Shown here: piece by piece, positions 10,460 to 17,965 of the stretch | Position numbering within the stretch: the first letter of the stretch is position 1 | Layout: each line of letters opens with the position of its first letter | Assembly: GCA_965217585.1 (NCBI GenBank) | Contig: OZ244561.1 | Span: forward strand, 6,816,001 to 6,880,000 | Direction of reading: 5' to 3' | Length of the DNA: 64,000 nucleotides | Source of the DNA: Candidatus Latescibacterota bacterium | GTDB lineage: Bacteria; Latescibacterota; UBA2968; UBA8231 | Program-made: the position numbers and the translations under genes | The notes under the pieces: generated by a model | The model's input: only the letters and a program-made list of their open reading frames with translations | What the model was told of the DNA's origin: nothing | Databases searched by the model: none

Positions 10460-12430
10460 TCACAAATGTTCCTCGATTTTTGTCACAATCTCATCAACGT
10501 CCCATACCCGCAAAAACTTTTCCACAATCAGCCCTTGTGGATCCACCAGATAATACCGGGGGATGCCGCTCACATTATAGGCTTGCGCTACTTGCTCCGA
10601 GCGCACGTGGACGCCTTTGATCTCGTGTTTGGCAATGGCCCTCTTCCAAGCTCCCCCGTCCACGTCCTTCGAGATATTAAGGAAGACGACCGGCTGAGCG
10701 GCCATTTGTTGCTTGATCTTGCGGAGGGACCGAAAGTCGGCGATACAAGGTCCGCACCAACTCGCCCAGAAATCCAGCAAGACCACCTTGCCCTTGAACT
10801 GGCTCAGCGATACGGGCTGGCCGTCGAGGTCATTCAGGGTAAAATCGGGAGCCGGTTGCCCCGGTTGCAGCGTCAAGAGCTTGTTCATTTCTGCTTGGAG
10901 CGCCTCGGTGTATTCTGGGAAGGGATTGCTCGCCTCAAAGGATTGCCAGCGGGCATCCACATAGGCTTCATAGCTGCGCCTAATTCCATGCATCAACTCT
11001 CCAGCCAAAAACCAGTAGAGCACCCGCCCTTGCAGTTTTTGCTTGGCGAGGTCGTATCGTTCTGCACCTTCTCGGGAGGCATGAAAACTTGGTCCGGCAA
11101 GGACGGAGTCGAGTTGGGCGTGGACAGCCGGCGATAGACCCAAGGCCGCTAAATCAATCCCATGGGACGGCTTGAGCGGTTGACGGTTTTGGTACATGGA
11201 GTCGAGTTGGGCTTGGGCGGCTGGTGATAACTCCAAACTCGACAAGTCAACCTCTGCCGATAGCGGGCGATTGTGTGTGTATTCAAACCACTCGTTGAGT
11301 TTGGCCCGTAGTATATGGAAGGTCAAACTCCCGCCCGTCGTATCGATCCTCGTGGTATCACTGATGTGAATACTATGCTTCTCATAAGAGTCGAGTTGGG
11401 CTTGGGCGGCTGGCGATAACTCCAAACCCAACCAAGCGGCCTTTTCGGACGCACTGATCTCTTTGGGATCTTCGTACATGGAGTCGAGTTGGGATTGGAC
11501 GGACTCTGACAGACCCAATCCCGCCATATCGATCATTTGTGATAGCTTGGGCGGATTGTTCGCGTCGTACATAGAGTCGAGTAGGGCGTGGACGGCCGGC
11601 GACAGATCCAACCCCGACAACTTGTACCTATCGGCAAGTCTAGGTGGCCTGTCCGACTTCTTCGCCAACTCTAGGATGTTCACCAGAAACCGGCGATACT
11701 CCTGCACGCCAATAGCCTTTTCATCCATCAAGGCGATTTCTTGCAGGAAGTCGTAGTAATCCGAGGGAACCGCTCTTCTGTCGGAGGGCTTGACGTTGAC
11801 CCTGCCCACTACGCCGTTTTTAAACGAATACAGCGGATATTGGGTCATCTGCCTAGCCCACTTGTAGTTGATGAAGGCCGTCATATAGTCGATGAACCCC
11901 TGAGAAAGGGCGTGTTTTTCGCGGCCCTCGGCTAGCAAGGCAAATTCATCCCGACGCTGCTGTTCCACTTCGCGTGAAAATTCTTCCGGCTCCAGTGCAG
12001 GATCTGAGCCGTAACGATATTGGGGTCGATCGGCTAAGAAGCGATTGTTGTCCGCGCCCCGGCCGCTAAAAGTCAGGGTGTCGGTTTCCACCCACATCGA
12101 CGAGTCGGTCTCCGGCACCTCAAAGGTTACGACCGCATGCAGGCTGTCGCCGGGTTCGACAAATAAGGGGAAGTATTCCCCGTCTTTGTAATACCCACTG
12201 ACCAAAACTCCCTTGGGAATGTTCAAGAGCAGGGCAAAGCGGTTTTGCTCGTCCAAGACGATGTAGTGTTCGGACGGCCCGGGAGCGAGTAGTGGTTCGT
12301 GGCGGAACTCGATGTCCCGCGATGGAGCGTTGTGGACTTCGCCGGTGATGATCGCGGTGTGTGGTGCTTGGGCTAGCCCCACACTCGCTGTACTGAGCAG
12401 GGCGACGAGGACGCAACGGTATGGATTCAT
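10460..12430 (-). CDS. Exported TlpA-family disulfide reductase with long N-terminal region and internal helical repeats
   Basis: Signal peptide; GQPAPDFTL...VVLLDFWASWCGPC...GIPRYYLVD thioredoxin fold. Confidence 0.9.
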   Translation of the reverse strand: MNPYRCVLVALLSTASVGLAQAPHTAIITGEVHNAPSRDIEFRHEPLLAPGPSEHYIVLDEQNRFALLLNIPKGVLVSGYYKDGEYFPLFVEPGDSLHAVVTFEVPETDSSMWVETDTLTFSGRGADNNRFLADRPQYRYGSDPALEPEEFSREVEQQRRDEFALLAEGREKHALSQGFIDYMTAFINYKWARQMTQYPLYSFKNGVVGRVNVKPSDRRAVPSDYYDFLQEIALMDEKAIGVQEYRRFLVNILELAKKSDRPPRLADRYKLSGLDLSPAVHALLDSMYDANNPPKLSQMIDMAGLGLSESVQSQLDSMYEDPKEISASEKAAWLGLELSPAAQAQLDSYEKHSIHISDTTRIDTTGGSLTFHILRAKLNEWFEYTHNRPLSAEVDLSSLELSPAAQAQLDSMYQNRQPLKPSHGIDLAALGLSPAVHAQLDSVLAGPSFHASREGAERYDLAKQKLQGRVLYWFLAGELMHGIRRSYEAYVDARWQSFEASNPFPEYTEALQAEMNKLLTLQPGQPAPDFTLNDLDGQPVSLSQFKGKVVLLDFWASWCGPCIADFRSLRKIKQQMAAQPVVFLNISKDVDGGAWKRAIAKHEIKGVHVRSEQVAQAYNVSGIPRYYLVDPQGLIVEKFLRVWDVDEIVTKIEEHL

Positions 12431-12469
12431 CAGGCTTTTCCTTTTTAATGGTCTGTAAAAGACCTCCCT

Positions 12470-12499
12470 TTATGGCAGCTTGGTCGTCTTCTTGGCTTC
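12470..12499 (-). repeat. Orphan 3' stub EAKKTTKLP-stop (scar of a deleted FG-GAP gene)
   Basis: Lies immediately after the TlpA stop: TGAGGAAGCCAAGAAGACGACCAAGCTGCCATAA. Confidence 0.85.
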
Positions 12500-12500
12500 C

Positions 12501-14567
12501 TCACAGATTCTCCTCGATTTTTGCCACAACCTCATCAACGTCCCATACCCTCAAACGATCCTCCACAATCATCCCTTGTGGATTGACCAGATAATACCGA
12601 GGGATGCCGCTTACATTATAGGATTGCGCTACTTGGTTCGAGCGCACGTGGACGCCTTTGATCTCGTGTTTGGCAATGGCCTGCTTCCAAGCTTCGGCGT
12701 TCGCATCCAACGAGACGTTGAGGAAGACGACCGGCTGAGCGGCCACTTGTTCCTTGATCTGGCGGAGGAGGCCCAAGTCGCCGATGCACGGTCCACACCA
12801 ACTCGCCCAGAAATCCAGCAAGACCACTTTGCCCTTGAACTGGCTCAGCGATACGGGTTGGCCGTCGAGATCATTGAGGGTAAAATCGGGAGCGGGTTGC
12901 CCCGGTTGCAGCGTCGAGAGCTTATTCAGTTCCGCTTGGAGGGCCTCGGTGTATTCGGGGAAGGGATTGCTCTCCGCAAAGGATTGCCAGCGGGCATCTA
13001 CAAAGGCTTCGCAGCCGAAGCTAATTCCAAGCATCAACTCCCTAGCCAGAGACCAATAGAGCACTCGCCCTTGCAGTTTTTGCGGGGTGAGGTCGTATCG
13101 TTCTGGAGTCCCTGGATAGATTCGAAAACTCGGTCCGGCAAAGATGGAGTCGAGTTGGGCTTGGACAGCCGGCGACAGACCCAAGGCCGCTAAGTCAATC
13201 CTCTGGGACAGCTTGAGCGGTGGACTGTCTTGGTACATGGAGAACATGGAGTCGAGTTGGACTTGGGCTGCGGGCGCTAACTCCAAACTCGACAAGTCAA
13301 TCCGTGCAGACAGCGGGCGATTGCGTGTGTATTCGTACCACTCTTTGATTTTTGCCGATGGTATATTGAGGGTCAACTCTCCACCCGTCGTATCGATCCT
13401 AACAGTATCCTCCCTACTGTGGGCCGTAATATACTCCTCATAGGAGTCGAGTTCGGCTTGGGCAGCAGGTGATAACTCCAACCCCAACCAAGCGGCCTTT
13501 TCAGAGGCACTGATCTTTTTGCGGTCTTCGTACATGGAGTCGAGTCGAGCCTGGACGCTCTCTGCTAGCCCTACCCCCGCCAGATCGATCCTCTGCGATA
13601 GTTTGCGGTGGATGTGGATGTCCGCGTTGTACATGGAGTCGAGCCGGGCGTGGACGGCCGGCGACAGACCCAACCCCGACAACTTGTACCTATCGGCAAG
13701 TCTAGATGGCCTGTGCTCCTCCGCCTCCAACGCTAGCGCGTTATCCACCTCCAAGTCTAGCGCGTTCACCACAAACCAGCGGTACTCTTGGACGCCAATC
13801 GCCTTTTCATCCATCAAGGGGATTTCTTGCAGGAAGTCGTAGTAGTCCGGGGGAACCGCTCTTCTCTCGGAGGGTTTGACGTTGAATCGGCGCATCCAAT
13901 GGCCGTCTCTAAACGCAAACATCGGATAGGAAATCATCTGATCGGCCCACTTGTAGTTGAAGAAGGCCGTCATATAGTCGATGAACCCCGGAGAAAGGGC
14001 CTGTTTTTCGCGCCCCTCGGCCAACAAGGCAAACTCATCCCGACGCCGCTGTTCTATTTGGCGTGAAAACTCTTCGGGCTCCAGCGCATTGTCTGGATCG
14101 AAGGCACTATGTCGAGGCCAGAACTCCGCTAAAAAGCGATTGTTGTCCGCACCCCGGCCGCTAAAAGTCAGGGAGTAGGGGGCCTCATCTGCGGCACTGG
14201 GCAAACTGTCGGGTTCCACCGCCGCCGAAGAATCGGCCTCCGTCACCTCGGCGAAGGTAACAACAGCGTGCAGGCTGTCGCCGGGTTCGACAAAGAATGG
14301 GATGAGGAAGTATCGCTCGCCTTTGTAATACCCGGTGACGAAAATTCCTTTGGAAGTGTTCAAGAGCAGGGCAAAGCGGTTTTGCTCGTCCAAGACGATG
14401 GGGTGCTCGGACGGCCCAAGAGCGAGTAGCGGTTCGTGGCGGAACTCGACTTCCCGCGACGGGGCGTTGTGGACTTCACCGGTGACAATCGCGGCGTGTG
14501 GTGATTGGGCTAGCCCCACGCTTGCTGTACTAAGCAGGGCGACGAGGATGCTAAGGTATGGGTTCAT
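12501..14567 (-). CDS. Exported TlpA-family disulfide reductase, paralog
   Basis: FWASWCGPC motif; same leader and repeats as 10460. Confidence 0.9.
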   Translation of the reverse strand: MNPYLSILVALLSTASVGLAQSPHAAIVTGEVHNAPSREVEFRHEPLLALGPSEHPIVLDEQNRFALLLNTSKGIFVTGYYKGERYFLIPFFVEPGDSLHAVVTFAEVTEADSSAAVEPDSLPSAADEAPYSLTFSGRGADNNRFLAEFWPRHSAFDPDNALEPEEFSRQIEQRRRDEFALLAEGREKQALSPGFIDYMTAFFNYKWADQMISYPMFAFRDGHWMRRFNVKPSERRAVPPDYYDFLQEIPLMDEKAIGVQEYRWFVVNALDLEVDNALALEAEEHRPSRLADRYKLSGLGLSPAVHARLDSMYNADIHIHRKLSQRIDLAGVGLAESVQARLDSMYEDRKKISASEKAAWLGLELSPAAQAELDSYEEYITAHSREDTVRIDTTGGELTLNIPSAKIKEWYEYTRNRPLSARIDLSSLELAPAAQVQLDSMFSMYQDSPPLKLSQRIDLAALGLSPAVQAQLDSIFAGPSFRIYPGTPERYDLTPQKLQGRVLYWSLARELMLGISFGCEAFVDARWQSFAESNPFPEYTEALQAELNKLSTLQPGQPAPDFTLNDLDGQPVSLSQFKGKVVLLDFWASWCGPCIGDLGLLRQIKEQVAAQPVVFLNVSLDANAEAWKQAIAKHEIKGVHVRSNQVAQSYNVSGIPRYYLVNPQGMIVEDRLRVWDVDEVVAKIEENL

Positions 14568-14608
14568 CAGGCTTTTCCTTTCTAATGGTCTGTAAAAGAC
14601 CTCCTCCC

Positions 14609-16720
14609 TTATGGGAGCTTGGTCGTCTTCTTGGCTTCTATCTGTCCGTCCACCTCGACCTTATAGATATACACTCCAGCGGCCACCCCCTTGCCGACCT
14701 CGTCGCGGCCATCCCAAGTAAAACGATGGCTCCCCGCCCGCAGCGGCCCGTCCCACAACTGCCGCACTCTACGACCCAACACGTCGTAGAGTGCCAAGTG
14801 GACTTGCTTTTGGTCCGTCGCCAAATTGAGGGGAATCACCATTGTGGGATTGAACGGATTGGGATAGCTGTCGCCGAGCCGATACTGTGCTGGTCGAATT
14901 ATCGTCGGCGTCTGTACTGCCGTCGGCTGCCCGCCCAGCGAACTTTTGAGCACATGCACCCCACCCAACAGCGGATCTAACACGACCAAGTCGAGAGCGC
15001 CGTCGCTATCGACATCCCCGGAGAGCACTTCTACCCCATGCCCCTGCAGGCGATGCCTTTCCACTGCTCGGGTTGGATTCACGCCTCCGCCCCATTCGAC
15101 AAACACCCCAAGGCCCGAGGCGCGGTCTCCGCCGATAAACACCCAATCCTCTACCCCGTCGGCGTCCAAGTCGCGCACCATCACCGGCGAGTTCAGAAAC
15201 AGCCGCTCGTCGTATAGAACCGCCTCTTCTACTATGCCTCCGGTTCCCCCTTTCCGTACGACCAAGCCCTTGAGACCTTCGTTTCGCGTGCGGATGAACG
15301 ACGTGAGCAGATCTACTTGCCCATCGTTATCAAAATCGCCCACCCTTAACGCCTTTGCCTCGGCATCGAATTCAAATATCTCGCCGCTCTGAAGCTCGTC
15401 TCCCAAGGCTCTCACGATCTGCGTGTTCGCCTGCCCGTGGAACGGTACCCACAGCACCTCCAGCATTCCATCGCCCGTAAAGTCGCCGATCTGAGCGGGC
15501 AAATGGTTTTCAGCGGCAGCTACCTCGGAAGAGGTCCACATCCCGTTCTCTATATCCCAGACCTCTAACATGCTTCCTTCTAACGTATCCTTCATTACAA
15601 ACAATTCGACATCGCCGTCGCCATCCCAATCCGCCACATCCCTGAGCCAACGATCATCTATCTCGGTAAGCATTTCCAGTTGGAGGTCCGGCCCGATAGA
15701 CCAAACCTCGGTCGCGGGTCCACTGACACGCATGTGCCCGCTTTCTTCATCCTCCGTCGCCTCAGTAAGTCGATGCGTCACTATTTCGTCCTTGCCATCG
15801 CCGGTCAAATCGCCGCCAAGCACCTCTATCTGCCCATAGCCGACCTCCTCTGTACGCACGGTCGCAAAGGTGCCATCGCCGTCATTGAGGGCCATGGTCC
15901 AGCCGCTTTTTTCTTCAATAGACAGCATAGGAAACTCACTATCCCAAGAGGCGAAAAGGTCTGCATCGCCATCGCCATCCAAGTCCGTCAAGATGCCGGT
16001 CCTCTGTCGTCCATAACCCTTCCCTATACCCGGCGCAATCGGATAGAAAACTGGCGGGGCAAAAAATCCAGCCCCATCAAAGCGAAAGTACTCTACGTGC
16101 GGCGGAGGGAGTTCACCCTGTAGGAGTTCTTCAACGCCGCTCAACTCAATCCAGTCAATCTCAATCTCCCCAACCACGTCGTCCTCGTTCCGATCTAGGA
16201 CAAAATTCAGCCGAATATCCCTTAATAGACCCTCCCATACGACCTCGTCACGGCCGAGGAAGGAAAACTCCACTTCCTGCCACTCGGTGGTGTAAACGAA
16301 GTCCCTTTGTCCTGAAAGCATAAATCGACTTTTGGACCGATTATCTGGGTCCTTACCCGGAGATATAAGGTTGTGGTCATTGGTCCAAACAAGCCAAAAG
16401 AAACCGACTGTAGGGCTGTGATGTACGGTGCGGAATCGGACCCAGATCTGGTCGAACAGACGCGAATCGTACCCTATGGTGGGAGAAATTAATTCGACAT
16501 TCGGACTAGACCAATCCCCGGTGACAGAGGGCGAGACATCGATCTTCCACACGCCGTCTTCGACCGCCCCCGGAAACAGGTTAAATTCAGGCGGCCCACC
16601 CGATGTATGAATTTCTTTAGCGACCCATCCTTGCGTCGTCCCGTCGTCGAACTCCCAAATGATCGCCTCGGCGAGGCCGGGCCACAGCGCAATCCACACA
16701 ACAACGGCGAGCTTTAACAT
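14609..16720 (-). CDS. Secreted FG-GAP repeat protein with FlgD/T9SS-like CTD
   Basis: Paralog of 8325; ends KKTTKLP. Confidence 0.88.
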   Translation of the reverse strand: MLKLAVVVWIALWPGLAEAIIWEFDDGTTQGWVAKEIHTSGGPPEFNLFPGAVEDGVWKIDVSPSVTGDWSSPNVELISPTIGYDSRLFDQIWVRFRTVHHSPTVGFFWLVWTNDHNLISPGKDPDNRSKSRFMLSGQRDFVYTTEWQEVEFSFLGRDEVVWEGLLRDIRLNFVLDRNEDDVVGEIEIDWIELSGVEELLQGELPPPHVEYFRFDGAGFFAPPVFYPIAPGIGKGYGRQRTGILTDLDGDGDADLFASWDSEFPMLSIEEKSGWTMALNDGDGTFATVRTEEVGYGQIEVLGGDLTGDGKDEIVTHRLTEATEDEESGHMRVSGPATEVWSIGPDLQLEMLTEIDDRWLRDVADWDGDGDVELFVMKDTLEGSMLEVWDIENGMWTSSEVAAAENHLPAQIGDFTGDGMLEVLWVPFHGQANTQIVRALGDELQSGEIFEFDAEAKALRVGDFDNDGQVDLLTSFIRTRNEGLKGLVVRKGGTGGIVEEAVLYDERLFLNSPVMVRDLDADGVEDWVFIGGDRASGLGVFVEWGGGVNPTRAVERHRLQGHGVEVLSGDVDSDGALDLVVLDPLLGGVHVLKSSLGGQPTAVQTPTIIRPAQYRLGDSYPNPFNPTMVIPLNLATDQKQVHLALYDVLGRRVRQLWDGPLRAGSHRFTWDGRDEVGKGVAAGVYIYKVEVDGQIEAKKTTKLP

Positions 16721-16759
16721 GACATCACCTCCATACCTAAAGTCCAAAGGACGACTTCC

Positions 16760-17701
16760 TCACAGATGTTCCTCGATTTTTGCCACAACTTTATCAATGT
16801 TCGATACCCCCAATAGACCCAACCCCGACAGCTTGTACCAATCGGCAAGTCTAATTGGCCTGTCCAACTTCACATCCAAGTCTAGGGTGTACTCCAGAAA
16901 CCCGCGATACTCCTGCACGCCAATAGCCTTTTCATCTATCAAGGGGATTTCTTGCAGGAAGTCGTAGTAGTCCGGAGGAACCGCTCTTCTGTCGGAGGGG
17001 TCGGAACTGAAGCGGCGTACTAGTGCGCCGTTTTCAAACAAAAACTGCGGATAGAGAGCCATCTGTTCGGCCCACGTATAGTTGATGCAGGCCGTCATAT
17101 AGTCGATGAATCCCGGTGAAAGCGCGTATTGCTCGCGTCCCTCATCTAGCAAGGCAAATTCATCCCGACGTCGCTGTTCTATTTGGCGTGAAAACTCCTC
17201 GGGCTCCAGCGCATGATCTGGTTTGAAGGAAAGATATTGAGGCCAGAACTCCGCTAAAAAGCGATTGTTCTCCGCGCCCCGGCCGCTAAAAGTCAAGGTG
17301 TAGGAGGGAGGGGCTTCATCGGCTGCACTGTGCAGACTGTCAGGTTCCACCGCCGCTGCAGAGTCGGCTTCCGTCACCTCGGCGAAGGTTACAACAGCGT
17401 GCAGGCTATCGCCGGGTTCAAAAAAGAAGGGGAAGTGGATGTGTTGCTCGCCTTCGTAATCACCGGTGACGAAAATTCCTTTGGGAATGTTCAAGAGAAG
17501 GGCAAAGCGGTTTTGGTCGTCCAAAACGATGTGGTGTTGGGACGGTCCGGGAGCGAGTAGGGGTTTGTAGTAGAACTCGATTTCCCGCGATGGAGGGTTG
17601 TGGAATTCGCCGGTGACGATTGCGGCGCGGGGCTGACTTTGAGCGCTTGTTGCATATAGACAGAGGATCAGGGCCATTAGGGCTGCGGAATATACGCTCA
17701 T
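16760..17701 (-). CDS. TlpA-paralog N-terminal domain lacking the redoxin domain (in-frame internal deletion; possibly a pseudogene)
   Basis: Has its own signal peptide MSVYSAALM; after YKLSGLGL it jumps to LGVSNIDKVVAKIEEHL; no CxxC. Confidence 0.7.
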   Translation of the reverse strand: MSVYSAALMALILCLYATSAQSQPRAAIVTGEFHNPPSREIEFYYKPLLAPGPSQHHIVLDDQNRFALLLNIPKGIFVTGDYEGEQHIHFPFFFEPGDSLHAVVTFAEVTEADSAAAVEPDSLHSAADEAPPSYTLTFSGRGAENNRFLAEFWPQYLSFKPDHALEPEEFSRQIEQRRRDEFALLDEGREQYALSPGFIDYMTACINYTWAEQMALYPQFLFENGALVRRFSSDPSDRRAVPPDYYDFLQEIPLIDEKAIGVQEYRGFLEYTLDLDVKLDRPIRLADWYKLSGLGLLGVSNIDKVVAKIEEHL

Positions 17702-17764
17702 CAGATTTCCTCTTCCGTTGGGGTTTGAGGAGGACCACGCGGTGCGCGGCTGATGAGATATAAG

Positions 17765-17779
17765 GCACATTCCGTGCCA
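17765..17779 (-). promoter_or_regulatory. sigma54 (-24/-12) promoter, copy 1
   Basis: TGGCACGGAATGTGC has GG and GC at canonical spacing, lies 64 bp upstream of the first block gene and is adjacent to a bEBP gene. Confidence 0.85.
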
Positions 17780-17801
17780 AAGATTGGGCCGCCGACAAAA
17801 A

Positions 17802-17828
17802 AATCCTTTAGGAAGACCCTAAAGGATT
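17802..17828 (-). terminator. 11-bp perfect inverted repeat followed by a T-run on the minus strand (probable intrinsic terminator)
   Basis: AATCCTTTAGG-N5-CCTAAAGGATT then TTTTT; four copies in the window. Confidence 0.6.
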
Positions 17829-17902
17829 GAAAAACATGATACTTAAAATAATGTAGTGGAGCGTCCTACGATGCGTGGCCCCAGCCGTCACACAAGACTT
17901 TC

Positions 17903-17957
17903 CACGGCTTTCCGTGGATAGTCCACGATTTTTCGTGTCTTTCCACGACTTTCCGTG
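17903..17957. promoter_or_regulatory. Three tandem CACG-N6-CGTG palindromes, putative enhancer (UAS) of the bEBP
   Basis: Sites start at 17903, 17924 and 17944 (20-21 bp period), about 150-205 bp upstream of the predicted transcription start. Confidence 0.7.
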
Positions 17958-17965
17958 TTCGCCAC

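Noticed and set aside
1388-17701. Polymorphic toxin-immunity locus
   Set aside because: The C-termini are the conserved part, and I recognised no toxin domain or small immunity genes.
17903-17957. CRISPR-like or iteron array from the 21-bp periodic palindromes
   Set aside because: Only 2-3 units with 6-7 bp gaps and no cas or rep gene; the position fits a bEBP enhancer.
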